From assembly GCF_009914755.1 (NCBI RefSeq), contig NC_060931.1: a stretch of DNA of 64,000 nt. One strand, given 5' to 3'. The translations under genes were made by a program, and so were the position numbers. Shown here in pieces: positions 1-12,899 of the stretch (positions are counted from its first letter, which is position 1; each line of letters starts with the position of its first letter). Source of the DNA: the human T2T-CHM13v2.0 reference genome, Homo sapiens. The notes beneath the pieces were generated by a model that saw only the letters and a program-made list of their open reading frames with translations, had not been told where the DNA came from and did no database searches.

Positions 1-535
1 CCTACTCAAGCCTCAGTAATGGTGGGCACCCCTTCCCCAACCAAGCTCAAGCATCCTGGGTCGACTTCAGACTGCTATGCTGGCAGTGAGAATTTCAAGC
101 CAGTGGATCTTAGCTTGCTGGGCTCCGTGGGGGTGGGATCCGCTGAGCTAGACCACTTGGCTCCCTGGCTTCAGCCTCCTTTCCAGGGGAGTGAATGGTT
201 CTGTCTCGCTGGTGTTCCAGGTGCCACTGGGGTATGAAAAACAAACAAACAAAAAACCTCCTGCAGCTAGCTCAGTGTCTGCCCTAAAGGCTGCTCAGTT
301 TTATGCTTGAAACCCAGGGCCCTGGTAGCGTAGACACCCAGGGGAATCTCCGGATCTGTGGGTTGTGAAGGCCATGGGAAACGCATAGTCTCTGGGCGGG
401 AGTGCAGTGTTCCTCATGGCACAGTCCCACATGGCTTCCTTTGGCTTGGGGAGGGAGTTCCCCGACCCCTTGCATTTTCCAGGTGAAGTGATGCCCCACC
501 CTGTTTCAGCTTGCCCTCCATGGACTGCACCCACT
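1..535 (-). mobile_element. L1PA (L1PA7/8-like) 5' UTR; element continues left of the window
   Basis: Matches the antisense L1PA 5' UTR (cctactcaagcctcagtaatgg...gagaatttcaagccagtggatcttagcttgctgggctccgtggggg...ggactgcacccact). Confidence 0.85.
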
Positions 536-1039
536 TTTTAACCTCCTAAAACGTTCCTTTCTTCTTTGATCTGCTAACATCATCCTTATCAATGGCCCTT
601 CTTGGTTTGTTCTCATAGCTTCTACACATCAACTATAATAACCTATTTTTCTGTTCCAACTAAGTACAGCCACACCTCAGAGTTTGAGCATTTGTAACTG
701 CCTTACCTCTATCAACTTAGTATCTCCTTTTCCAATCTTTTCTTCCTTGTTCAACTAGCTCTGCACCCTCCTTGTGCTCCTTGAGTATACATTGTTTTTT
801 CATAGTCCAGCAGCCTGGACCTCAGTTTCAGGATTTCAGAAATATTTTTGCTTATATCCTGGATGTTCTCACTTATTAGTAACTGCTGATCCAGTCCATG
901 GCCCTGGCCAAAAAGACTCTGTTTTCCTGATATGCAGTCTTGCTAGAGAAAGTCACAAAACAGAAATAATTGGCTTCACCACAGTCTTATCATGTCAGTG
1001 GCAGAGACTGACAGTTGCCTACAGAGATATCTTCCCTTC

Positions 1040-1430
1040 CTTAGTAAGAGAACCCTGACTTTTCACTGGTTACATTGAGGAAATAAAAGACTACATTTTC
1101 CAGCCTCCTTTGTAGATACACATAACTAACATAACTTCTGCCCAAATATATGAAAGCAAAAATTTTGTATAATACTTCCAGGAAGGCTGCTTAAAGGGAC
1201 TTAATACAACTAAAATGAGCAATTTTTGCCTTTCTGCTTTTCCTCTTTGTAACCAACACATATGTATCTAGAGAGCCACCAGCCACTTTGAACCATGATG
1301 ACAGAAGCCATGAACTAGGATGGTGAAGAAAAAATAGAATGAGCCTGGTTTCTCTTGACTTGGAACTACCAAACAGTCAATCCCTAGTCTGCCTACTACC
1401 TCTGGGCTTCCTGTACATAAGAGATAAACA
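1040..1430 (+). mobile_element. MLT1 (J/K-like) MaLR LTR, degraded
   Basis: Motifs ctacattttccagcctcctttg, aatacttccaggaagg and gagcctggtttctc resemble old MLT1 LTRs. Confidence 0.55.
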
Positions 1431-1699
1431 GAGTCTCTGCCCCACCACCACCCCTAGGTATTTTCATCTCACTCTAGAATGACATTATCTCCAACTTGAC
1501 TGAAAACAATCTGAAATAATCTTCAGTTTTCTACTTTATGCCTTTGTATTCCTTTCTATCAACTATCTCCTCAGATTTTCCTTACCTCTTTTTGTTGCAA
1601 CTTCTGCCATTAAATACATGAGTTTCTTCCCTTTTTTTTTCTAAAATATGTTCTTATTATGGTTTTCTTCTTCTATAATGGCAGAATATCTCCAGTTTT

Positions 1700-1932
1700 T
1701 ATATTTTTATTTTTACTGTTTTTTAATTGATATATAATAGATGCAGACATTTTCAAGGTCCATGTAATAATTTGATGTATTTATATAATCAAATCAGGAT
1801 AATTGGGGCATCCATCATCTCAAATATTTATCTGCTCTTTATGCTAGGAACATTCAAATTGTTCTAGCTATTTTGAAATGTATAATAGTGTTAACTATAT
1901 TCACCCTACTGATCTATCAAACACCAGGTCTT
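1700..1932 (-). mobile_element. L1MA 3' end fragment
   Basis: T-rich tail followed by ttaattgatatataatagatg...aatcaaatcaggataattgggg...ttctagctattttgaaatg, typical of an L1MA 3' UTR read antisense. Confidence 0.75.
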
Positions 1933-3730
1933 CCAACCCTCTTCTAAAAGTGAAATACAACTACCACTAGATTTTTCTTTCTTTTTTAACTTGCTATACA
2001 TTTGAAAGAGCAGCTGGCTAAGACACTTTCTTTACTTCTTTACCAACCTCTGTTTCTTAAACCTTCCCAGTCTGAATTTATTCCCAATTTTCTAGGTACA
2101 AATGGTCTATTAAGTCAAGAAATCTTCATTCCTTGAGACTTTCTTACTTTGGCTTCTGTAACATTGTACTCTCCTTTTTCCTGATTTCTGATTTACTTTA
2201 GCCCTCTTTCTGTAATTCTTGCAAATCATTAGTATAATCTCAAAATGCAATTATTAGACTAAGGAGGCCTGCCCCAGACTACACTGTGACCCTGACTGCA
2301 CTTCTGACTCTCACCTGAAAAGCAAAACTGCCTCCATTAGGCGAACTGCCCTTCTCTCCTAGTCTCCTAGTAGACCTTTAAGATATCAAAACTTTCTGAA
2401 TAAAGTTGGCCCCAATAACTCTCCTGTGCTGTTGAGTTTAGACTTAAAACCCTATCCTAGGCACAGCCAGTCCTGCCTCCAGTTCTCACCCCCACCCACA
2501 GCCCCACCACCACCATCTTGGGCAGATCCAGACCCTGGGGGGTCAGTTTCTGATACTAGTCTCTCCATCTCCAGCAAAATTTCTCAAGAGGTAAGATGGG
2601 CCACACTCTATGTGTGATGTCTAAAGTATACAGTCAAGCATGAAACAACTCATATATTAAAAAGAACAACCAGAATTGTGAAGAAACAAATTCATACGTA
2701 TAAGAATCTTATAATTCATACATTATAAGAACCGGTGATTAATATATTGAAAAAGAGAAGAGTGATCTGTGATATGATTACATCCCTCAAATAACTGATA
2801 TTCTAGCATGGAAAGTGAAGATTCCCATTTGGGGCCCAGAAATTAAGCCAGGATCATTGATAAAAGTTAACAGACCTTTACCTTAATTTGAAGAAGACTA
2901 CCCTTTGAAAGATGACTGGAGATAAAACAACCTGCTTTATAATGTAATGATCTTGTTTCTAGAAATGATCACTTAGAATTCATAAGAAAATAATTCAAAA
3001 TTCTAATGTGTGTTATAGTTTATCACTGCTAAGTATCCTTCTACTTCTGAGACTATACAGTTGCATAAACTTCCATGTTAGATGTGATCTTTGAGATAAT
3101 GTATTTTACACCCGCAACATTATGTTTGAAAAATATAAAGGCCTAGAGACTGTTTTGTGCAAGTATCATTGTCTGTGATAAAATTATTTCATGAATTCTC
3201 AGCTTGGATCTGAGTATTCATTCTACAGCACAAGAAGTCAGCTTTATTCTTAGGGAAAACAACATATTCACACAATTTTATTTTTAGCTTTGATAAATAA
3301 AATTTTTGTTTTCCTTTTATTCAGAATTATGGTTTCACCCTCCTTTCAGGTAAAGCTGAGCATCCCAATGCTTACGGAATGTCTACAAATTTATCTTCAA
3401 CTCTATTTTCCCAGAGTCCTGTATGGTTACTTAATATTTTTTACTAAAAGGTTAATGTCCTTTAAACATTTTTAAACTACATATTTCCTGACATCTGACA
3501 GTATCACTATCTAACCTGGGGGCTTCAGCATAAAGATTAGACACTGTGACTAAAACTTGTGTTTCAGAATTAGGTTAGCTTAAATTCTTTTTTCAAGTGT
3601 ATTAATTTCTACTGTCTTTGAAGGTATTTGTCTTCCTCCTTATGGAATCAACTGATATGTAGAAAATTCAGACTATCTTTGAATAGGAAGATCCACTGCA
3701 TGTAGAAGAGAATAGAAAATCTTACCTTAT

Positions 3731-4123
3731 TGTGAAGAGCTGTGGAGATTTTACCCTACTTTGAAGATAGCAAGTTAGCCAGTCACAGTTTGATGGATGC
3801 TGGCAAAATGACATGAGACTCTGGTATCAGAGGCAAAGGAAGTTTATTACTCACAGCAATAGCATTTGTGTTGATTCCCCACAAGGCAACACAAAGACAG
3901 CCAGGTGGCATCTACACATGCAATTCCAGGAGAGGAACCCCGAGGTTAGGGTTTTGTAATGGGCGGAATGCATACCTGATCCTTTGCTCTGAAGAGGGAT
4001 ACTACCTCTGTCTTTTAAGGCTGCTTACTATACAGACATCCTTGAAAAGTTTGCTCAGATAAAAACCAGTCCCTCTGCTCACAGGATGTGCAGAAACACG
4101 AGATTCATGGGGAATTGTCTCCA
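3731..4123 (-). mobile_element. LTR40-like (ERVL) solo LTR
   Basis: Reverse complement begins ggagacaattccccatgaatctcgtgtttctgcacatcctgtgagcagagg, like LTR40; tttatt (antisense AATAAA) near 3843. Confidence 0.7.
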
Positions 4124-4384
4124 TCTTTTATCATGACTGGCTCTGCCTGCTCTTTCAACTAAAATTGCCAACCTATCCTGCTCTCTTGACTGCATCCCAG
4201 TCTAGACTGCAGAGGCAACTTTTATTTGAGATAAATAGCATGGCGAATCTGATAAAATTCTCTGTTCTCAAATTACACCATTCTTGCTCCCCATGGAAAA
4301 ACCTTTGAAACCCTGACTTGAACACTTTGCTCCAAGTCTTTATAAAAGGCAATATGCCGTGATATTTAAGATTCAGGGAAGTGT

Positions 4385-4600
4385 ATGCTAGGTTTGAATT
4401 CAGGCTCTGCTCCCTTGCTAGATATATGATTGGGGAGTTTATTTAACTGTTCTGTGCCTTTGTTTCTTCTTCTGTAAAAAGAAGATAATAAAATGGCCCT
4501 ACTTCATAGGATCTTTATAGGAACCAAATGAGATACTGTATTCAACTTGCTCAGCACAATGACTGGTACGTGATAATTGGTGCTAAAGAATTGTGAGCTC
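4385..4600 (+). mobile_element. MIR SINE
   Basis: MIR core: ggtttgaattcaggctctgc...ttctgtgcctttgtttcttcttctgtaaaa...acttcatagga. Confidence 0.75.
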
Positions 4601-4619
4601 CTGTTATTCGGTGAGTCTG

Positions 4620-4980
4620 TATTAGAGTAAAGCCAATCTGGTATAATGAAATACCAAAAAAAGCATTCTTTAAACATTAGGTGTGTATTTGTCTAATGTA
4701 GGTGGCCTCTGCTCCACAAAGCAAACCCACGTGGTGAGGCAACTCTTTTTCATTGTCAATATGCTCCCAACACTGCCTTTTCTAACCAGGAGGAAGGAAT
4801 GGGAGGGATGTGTGCAGGCCAAGGAGCTGTGAGAGAACAAGTAAGAGCTTGGTACATATCACTTCTGCTCACATTCTGTACCCATGAACATAGTCCCATG
4901 GTCACACCTAGCTACAACTATAGGCCTGACTACCATCTGTCTGTGGAAAAAGAAGAAACAGACTTTGGTGGAGGATTTAA
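4620..4980 (-). mobile_element. MLT1 (J/K-like) LTR, degraded
   Basis: catatcacttctgctcacattc...tagtcccatggtcacacctagct is typical of an antisense MLT1. Confidence 0.55.
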
Positions 4981-5400
4981 AGGGCCCTCAAAACTAAGTA
5001 GCACCTCTCTTTTTTATTTGAATTTTGAAGCTTTTCAGAAATAACTTGACAAAGCATAAACAGATAAAGAAGGGGGAGAAAAAAGTCATCATTATGTTAA
5101 AATCACATCATCATTATTAAACATGTCACCATAACTTAGCCCGAGAGCCAAAGGAGGATGGCCCACCCCATTCCCCCAGCTCCAATCTAAACCTAAGAAC
5201 ATACTATTCTGGGATACTCTGACTGGAAAGAGCCAACCTACTTTCTGTGTCACTGACTCCTACAATTCTAGATAGACAAAAGCGGAGAAAGAGATCAAGT
5301 TCTTCATACCCAGTACCATTGATAGATTTGCTTCACATATTTGAGGAATGTGGACAGTGGCTGCCACCCACTTTGGCCTTCTACCACGGGGAGAATTAAG

Positions 5401-6256
5401 TGATGATGAGAAGGGCTATTTCCCTACACCCCTTCACAGGACACGTGAAGGGTAGGCTCGTTTACTCAGCCCACAGCTCTGAACCTCTCCTGGAAGGGGG
5501 AGCACGCAGGTCAGCAGGTGCAGGAGCAGGAGTGAACAAATGCTGGAACCAGCCAGTTGCTCCTCTCAGGCGGAGGCAGGTTCTGTGCAGGCCCTGCAGC
5601 AGCATCTAAGTGTGTTACAATGCTCTTTTAGCTCTGCCATCCAGGAGGGGGTATCTGTGCCCCTGGGACCCCAGAGGGTATGTGTTACAATCAGTGCTCT
5701 TTCAGCATTTGCCATCTGTGGGAAGCTACGCATTAACCAGCTCAGTGGAGGATCAGGGTGGCAGCCTTTTACACCCTGCCCTCTTGGTGCCCATGTTCTT
5801 CTCTGACATCCAGGAAGAATCAGGTCACACAAATGAATTGAAGGGTGGTGTATGTGGAGGATTGTATTGGGTGGGAGAAGTGGCTTGCAGTGGGCACAGG
5901 AGCTGGAATGGGAATGGAGTGGAAAGATAATCTTCCCCCGGAGTTCCACCACCCCCGGCCAAACTCTTCTCTAAAGTCCCGCCATCAGGTCATTTATCTG
6001 ACATCCAGCTGCTGCTTCTCTTCTTTCCTTCTCTGCCGCTCCTCTCTGCTCTCCTGCCAGTGGTGCTTGGGGTTTTTATGGGTACAGGGTAGGAAGTGGG
6101 GTAGGCCAGGGTGGTTTTGGAAAAGGCAACATTCAGGTGGGAAAGCAAGGATGTGAAGTTCTCATTTAGGGCTGCGGGTTCAGGCATGAGGGTGGAACCC
6201 TTGTTGGGGACCCCACCCTTTTCTACTTAGTATTTCTCTGCCTCCTGTCCTTTTTA
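5401..6256 (-). mobile_element. ERV1 solo LTR of the LTR1/LTR27/LTR28/MER52 group
   Basis: Reverse complement starts ggacaggaggcagagaaatact...ccaccctcatgcctgaacccgcagccctaaatgagaac, diagnostic of this group; exact subfamily unresolved. Confidence 0.75.
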
Positions 6257-6332
6257 ATGAGTCAAGAGCCTAAGAAAACTTATCCTTCTTCATGGAAACC
6301 TCATAATAGGAAAAATACTTTTCTATCAAAAA

Positions 6333-6368
6333 CATCACCTCCACCACCACCACCATCATCATCATAAT
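6333..6368. repeat. (CAC)n/(CAT)n trinucleotide tract
   Basis: catcacctccaccaccaccaccatcatcatcat seen directly. Confidence 0.8.
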
Positions 6369-7264
6369 TATAAGGCAAATTTACCGTTTTACCCGTTGAG
6401 TAAAAACTTTTCCTAAGGGTTCTTTACATTGCCCATTATTCTATGAGGTGCAGAAGTCAGAGTTCAGACTTAAAATATACTTGTCCTTTCTGGAAAAATT
6501 CTGTATAATTTGCTTACTTCTTGTACACTTCCAGGAAGCATAGAATTCAGTTTTTTACTTATATGCAACAGCTTCCTTCTGCCTTTATTTCAGGCAAAAG
6601 TATATGTGTTTCTGCCTTACTGGTATTCCTACTTCATTTGTTACATCCCTCTTGATAACACATCCTTTTTTTAAAGTTTTAATGTAAGCTGCCACATATT
6701 CTTTTATGGTAGGATTTAAATTATCCAAATAAGGATGCAGAAAGTAAACACAATGATGTAGAGAGAATATTGGAAGTGAACTATGCTATCCATGAGTGCT
6801 GTTAGATAAAATGTTGGCAAATAAAGCTTTGCAGCCTTTACAGGAGATGAATTGGCTCAGTGTAGAAGTAGTGCCTCAGTAATGGGATGATGGCTATGAA
6901 TAATGGTTTCAATCCTGTCTTTCCAGAGGCTGTCATTTAACTTATGGTTATTTGCAGTGTCCATGAAATTCTTTGCTTTTTGGCCTCTTTAATGTTCCCA
7001 GTCACAGTTGTCTTAAATCATCTGTTATTTCCTATTCCTATTATCTGTTTTCCTCGCTGGACCAGAGTAAACCAAAGTGGCCCCAATTGGAAAGACTTGA
7101 GAGAGAGAGTTCACCGGGTGAATCCATGTGAAGCATCCTCTAAATATCTTTATAAAAATAAATGGGTGAGACTGTGGGGAGGTTGTAAGTCCTTCCTTTC
7201 ATAGGTGGGGTCATATTAAAACTTGAGTCATTATTACCAATTCTCACAGGGTGATGAGAAAACT

Positions 7265-7385
7265 CAAGTTACACACTTAAAGCTGAGGAAACAAAGGCCA
7301 AAAAAAGCAAAGTAGCCTGTTCATGTCACACAGGTAGTGGTGGAGAGAGATCTAGGCTTTGCACCTGCTAATTAAGAGCTCTTTC
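7265..7385 (-). mobile_element. MIR fragment
   Basis: agctgaggaaacaaaggcc...aagtagcctgttcatgtcacacagg resembles an antisense MIR core. Confidence 0.55.
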
Positions 7386-7629
7386 AGAGAGTAGACCTAA
7401 GAGCATCATGTATGTGCTTTGCTCTGTTTTTCTGCCAGTTGCTTAATTCAGGTTATTTCATTTACTCACTACATCCACATTAGGTTAATACAAGTACCCT
7501 AGTCTTACACATGATTAAGTTAGAAATACTTTTTTAAAAAAGAAATCTTATGTTTAAAAGGCAGTTTTTCAAAAAAGCCATAAAGATGACTAAGATAGCT
7601 GAGGTAGACAGAAGAGGTACTAAGCATGT

Positions 7630-7970
7630 GTGATTAAGTTAAGGACATTGAGATGGGGAGGTGCTAATATAATCATAAGGGTCCTTATAAAAGGAGGGTA
7701 GAAGAGGGGATGTGATAACAGAAGAAGAGGTCAGAGAGAGAGAGAGTTGAAGATGAAATGATGATGGCCTTGAAGATAAAGGGTCACAAGCCAAGGAATG
7801 CAGGCTGCCCCTAAAAGGTAGAAAAGGCAAGGAAACTAATTCTCCCTTAGTGCCACCGGAACACAGCTCTATCAGCACCTTGATTTTAGTACTGTTAAGA
7901 TAATACATTTGGGTTTTTTAAGCCACTAAGTTGTGGTAAGTTGTTACAGCACCAATGGGACACTAATACA
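7630..7970 (+). mobile_element. MLT1D-like MaLR LTR
   Basis: aagccaaggaatgcaggc...ggcaaggaaactaattctccct...aagccactaagttgtggtaagttgttacagc...actaataca terminus. Confidence 0.8.
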
Positions 7971-8123
7971 ATAGTTACAGATCTTAACGAAGCCAAGAGA
8001 TGCATTTTCTCCTCCATCGCTAGAGAAAAATAGGAGAGCTGTTTTCTGTACCTCTCCCTGGCTTTGATAACTTCTGCAGGGGAAGACCAGGAAGGTCTGG
8101 CAGCACTTCCTGTCCCTCCTCTC

Positions 8124-8469
8124 TGAAAGGCAATGGAAGGGCACCGTGGATCAACAAGGCCGAGAGGAGAGACAAAGAGGGCAAAAATCTTCTTTATTGA
8201 GCTCTCGGGCGAGGTTCACTGGTCCGCAGGGGGAGGGCCAGGGAAGTCGCGCTGTGCCAAAGGGGCAGCACGCTTTTATGGATGCTGGGTGAGGAGTGGG
8301 CGGGGTAGGGGCGGGGTCGGTTGAGTTTCGCACTTCTCTGTGTGACACGCCCTAGTGGGCATGCGCGTTAGTCGGGTTGGCGGGAACAGGAAAGGTGAAC
8401 CCGGAAATGCTGAGTCAGGGTATCCGAGGTGGCGATCGCCATCTTGGAGTCTTCACCCGAGTCCAATCA
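8124..8469 (-). mobile_element. Solo ERV LTR, 346 bp, family not assigned
   Basis: TG...CA termini; perfect 5-bp TSD CTCTC (8119-8123 and 8470-8474); on the minus strand a TATA-like CATAAAA (8274-8280) precedes AATAAA (8193-8198). Confidence 0.85.
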
Positions 8470-9165
8470 CTCTCCACTCTCAGATGCCTTGGGACCTACA
8501 AAAGAACCTCCACTTGACGAGGCTGACAGTTGTGCCTTCTGGGCTCCAGCCTTGCCTTGGTATTGCAAAGAAATGTGGAAGAATAGCCAACTCACAGTTT
8601 CATTACAGCCTTGCCTTGAACAGATGTTTAGCTCATGTCAGAAGCCAGGAAATGCATCGCTTACAGCCCCACATGTGTTTCTGCAAAAGGGTCCTGATAA
8701 ATGTCTGGTCTTTGCAATAATCCTACTAATTGGCCCGATTCCTGGAAGAAAAATGGCTGTATTAAAGTGGGTTAGACATTACATAAACAATGTCAGTTAC
8801 ACATCTTTAAGTGTTACTTCTGCATTTAAAATTAACAAAGCTATTTTGGGGACACTTTTTACAGCTATACATCTTAAGATGTTTGTATATGAAAAAAAAA
8901 ACCAAGTTTGTACCGGTATCATCATATTATCATCCAGTAAGCTCTAAGAAAAGACAATTAAAAGAGAAAAGTGACCCAAAACTGTCACAAAAGCTCTTCT
9001 TTTCTGGACATAGTGCAGCATATATTTGTTCATAACTTTATTTGCACAGAAATTTTACATCCATTATCAGAATTGATTCTGACTACTACACTAGAAGGTG
9101 AGTTCTCATGAAAAAGGGTGAATCCAACATTATTAAGTACCACACAGCTAGTAACTGATGATATC

Positions 9166-9300
9166 TTTTTTTTTTTTTTTATGGAGTTTTGCTCTTGTTG
9201 CCCAGGCTGGGGTGCAATGGCACGAACTCGGCTCACCACAACCTCTGCCTCCTGGGTTCAAGCAATTCTCCTGCCTTAGCCTCCTGAGTAGCTAGGATTA
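9166..9300 (-). mobile_element. 5'-truncated AluS (right-arm fragment)
   Basis: Poly-T followed by ggagttttgctcttgttgcccaggctgg...agcctcctgagtagctaggatta. Confidence 0.9.
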
Positions 9301-10264
9301 CTCAAGTCATCTGACTTCCAAGTTCAAACTTTTAAAAATATCTCATGGTGGTCTTTGACAGGATACCATAAGTGTTGAACCATTGGTTTAACTACATGCA
9401 TCAAGGATATACAATTTCCCTTAGTTTCTATGTTCAACTATGGGCTAATCCCAAGGAATAAGGCAGGATTACTGTTGTAGAATCTATTGAGGAGTTATTA
9501 TTCCCATGGTTGAGGAAATTGAGAATAGAATGTGAGATAATTAATGCTTATTCTGTCTGAAGTGCCTCTCATTTGTATAGTAAATTAATATAACAAAATT
9601 TTAGAATGATTTAGCTATTTAGCTGACCAATCTTTCAGGGGGTTTCTCTCCTTGATTCAAGTGAGATATGAAATTAAATGTCTCTCATTGGACATCAGTG
9701 CCATCTATTATAGGACATTCAAGATGACTCTCTTTGTTCTTTCCAGAATTCCATCTTTTCTGGAAAATTATGTGTGCCTCTGCCACTTACAAAATTTACT
9801 CTTACATTTGTGTACGTGTCGAAGGAAAAGCTTAAATTGCAAATTGGATATTTAAAAAGTTATGAGAATATTTCAGTTTAAAATGAAAACACAATACTTG
9901 GATAATAGACTCCCATATTTTCCTTCCATTTGCAAACTACAGCATTTAAAAATTCATTTCAAAAGTCAAATTACCCAATGTACTTTATAGTATAGAAAGG
10001 AAGTTTCACTTCTGAGTATCACCCATGTGCCAGACATTTAATAGATAATAAATTTTTACCAGCTGTTTGGGGTTTTGAGGAGGCCATTCTTCCATTGTAA
10101 ACTTGTTTGAAGTGTAGATATACCAGAATTCTATTCTGGCCCTGGGTGTGCAAGAACACTGAGTTAATGTCCACTGTTCCTGTAACATTTTTCACTATGA
10201 CATTTTCTTGGTGATTTTAATCTCAATAATACATTGAGTCAATATCTTCAGAAACATTCTACAA

Positions 10265-10535
10265 AATGTTTTTCAATATGTGTTTTACAGAATATCAATC
10301 ACACAAGATGTTAACATGCAGATTTCATTATCAAATAAGTTTGGGAAACACTGGGCAAATAAAAGTTAACCAGATTCCTTTTCTGCAGGTCTCTAATGTA
10401 TTAATATATGTTGTAATTTTCCAAAAAGTGGAATTTGGTATGCAATATTTTTCAAACTCATTTGACACTGAAACCATTTTCAGAGCTTATCACATGGTGC
10501 TAGCATTCCAAGGAAAATACTTAAATAAAACCTGA
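10265..10535. mobile_element. hAT-Charlie (Charlie4-like) fossil
   Basis: tcaaataagtttgggaaacactggg...aaagttaaccagattcc...ctgcagg resembles Charlie4. Confidence 0.6.
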
Positions 10536-11731
10536 TTTATGATAAAAGATCCCAGGCTCTTTTCTTGTATGATCCCTGTGGCCCAGAGTTCTTATTTAAG
10601 ATAGTCTTTGGAATACAAATGATGCATCTGTCCACGTTAAACTTATCTGACATTTCTCTGCCTAAGCACAGAGATTTATAAGAATTTCCTATACTCTTCT
10701 ACCCCATCCCCTAATCTAGCTTTTCACCGTGTGGAAGAGTTTAATGTTATCTCCACACCTAAAGTATATAATCTTTATAAGTGATATGGTCATTTCTCCA
10801 CATCACTTATAAAGATATTCTTAAAATTTCTTCCGCTCAAAGTTGACTATCAGATAACTCTTTGTGGTTCAGCTCTATCATTTGGGCCATCTGCAGAAAG
10901 TGTTTCACTGAGGTTTGTTGTGTTGTTTTTGTCTTAGTTTCCTTATGAGACATATTACTCTATTTACTCTAGGGTACGTAGTTAAACCTCTTAGAAAAGA
11001 TCCATAGGCCTTTTATTTAAGTGTTAGAACTAAGAAAACAGCCTGTTTTCTCCCTAACAAACTGTAAATGATTCCCTTTTTATTTCAAACACCAGGAAGC
11101 TCAAAACCAAATCAGGACACCACTAGAGTAATGAATTATGTCCTTACATGTCTGCACAATTGTGTTATCATTTCACCTCTCACTAGCTTGTGTTAACCTG
11201 CTACTCTCCACTTTCTCTGCTGTTATTTTGCATTTAGATCTTCCGTTCATGCTACATACAATTTTATTTAATGTATTCTTGTTCTAATCAAATTCAAGTC
11301 CTTCTCCATCCCTTCTGCCCCCAACACACACACACACTCTTTGAGAATGATTTAGAAAAAAGAACAAACCAAAAAATGTAAAGAAAGGAAGAAAAATTAT
11401 TCTGGTCACAACCCTGTCTAGCTAGAAGCTGTGGTACTAGATATAACTGATGCTGAGAGAGCATTTAACATTCATAGTCAATTTGGAATTCACGTCAATA
11501 AAGTTCATAGTAGCTGATTCTTTTTCTGATTTTATGATGGTGGCAATATACCCATTAAAGGATCTAGAACCTCCAGTTCTCCTTAATTGCTTTAGTTAAA
11601 AATCCATGAGAATTTAAAAAGTTTGACACAAACCATCAATACAGTTATGAATGGTACAAGCTGACTTTTTGAGGCAAGCATAGCATTTCCTCACCACTTA
11701 AAAGGAATGCCCCTTTCATCTCTATGTAGAG

Positions 11732-11950
11732 CAAGGTTCTCTTCCTCAGCACTATTTGTGCTAGAGAAGTCTTCTGTGTAGAAAAGGCTGTCCTGTGCAT
11801 TGTAGGACATTCAGCAGCATTCCTGACTTCTACACCTATAGATATCAGTAACACGCCCACCTCCAGGTGTAATAACCAAAAACTGTCTCCAGACATTGTT
11901 GAATGCTCCCTTGGAATTGAGAGGAAATCACCCTTAGTTGAGAGCCACTA
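11732..11950. mobile_element. MER20 (hAT-Charlie)
   Basis: ggctgtcctgtgcattgtaggacattcagcagcat...aaaactgtctccagacattg...gttgagagccact. Confidence 0.85.
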
Positions 11951-12428
11951 ATAGAAGAAGGAGCACTTTCAAAAGGACAGAGTTTGCTGTGTTGAAGAAA
12001 GTCCAGGAAATGGACTTAAGTGGTAGTTTTCTGAGAAGTCCTGTGTCACATCTGTGTCTTTCTCTTTTCCAACTGCCCCCATGAAATTAGTAAATGGCTG
12101 CTTACTCTGTAGAGTCGATCACCTGGCACAATGTGGCAGTTAGAAGGAAGCCACTTATTCATGCAGAGTCCAGAGAAAAAAGGCCTTTGATACAATAAAT
12201 TATATGCAGTGAATAACAGTTTGTAGTATGTTGATGACCAAACAGTGGTAGGATTGGTAATATTATATAATCAAAAATTGTTCATCTGTATTGTTGTTTC
12301 AGCTTACAGAAATAATATATGTCCACTGTACAAAGTCAAGCATTAATAAACATTCAAAAAAATCTACAAAAGTAGCTCTTGCTATTGCAAAAATTTCAGA
12401 GTAAAGGAATGTGTGAAACAAAAAGCAA

Positions 12429-12728
12429 GGCCAGGCATAGCAGCTCACACGTGTAATCCTAGCACTTGGGAGGCCGAGGCAGATGGATCACTTGAGGTCA
12501 GGAGTTTGAGACCAGCCTAGCCAACATGGTGAAACCCCGTCTCTACTAAAAATACAAAAAATTAGCACAGTGTGGTGGCACATGCTTGTAATCCCAGCTA
12601 CTTGGGAGGCTGAGGCGGGCGGTTGGTTGAACCCAAGAGGTGGATGTTGCAGTGAGCCGAGATCGTGCCACTGCACCAGAGTGAGACTCCATCTCAAAAA
12701 TAAATAAATAAATAGATAAATAAATAAA
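12429..12728 (+). mobile_element. AluS (Sx/Sz-like) with (TAAA)n tail
   Basis: Dimeric Alu consensus with a short deletion in the right arm near 12676. Confidence 0.95.
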
Positions 12729-12845
12729 GCGAAATTACCATCTCCCTAAGCCAGTCTTCAAAGGTAGCCATTTTGAATGACCTGTGAATATGAAGATATT
12801 AATACATACCTTCATATTCTATTTCTAAGCAATCATTTCAATGTA

Positions 12846-12877
12846 GTGTGTGTGTGTGTGCGTGTGTGTGTGTGTGT
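12846..12877. repeat. (TG)n microsatellite
   Basis: Seen directly. Confidence 0.95.
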
Positions 12878-12899
12878 AGCTTTTTCACTGTTAAGGTGT

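Noticed and set aside
540-2620. Possible L2 pieces and a donor GAG|GTAAGA at 2590
   Set aside because: Too degraded to call, and no matching acceptor or other exon evidence.
8429-8947. Longest ORF in the track (172 aa)
   Set aside because: GTG start inside an antisense LTR, no recognisable domain and no exon structure.
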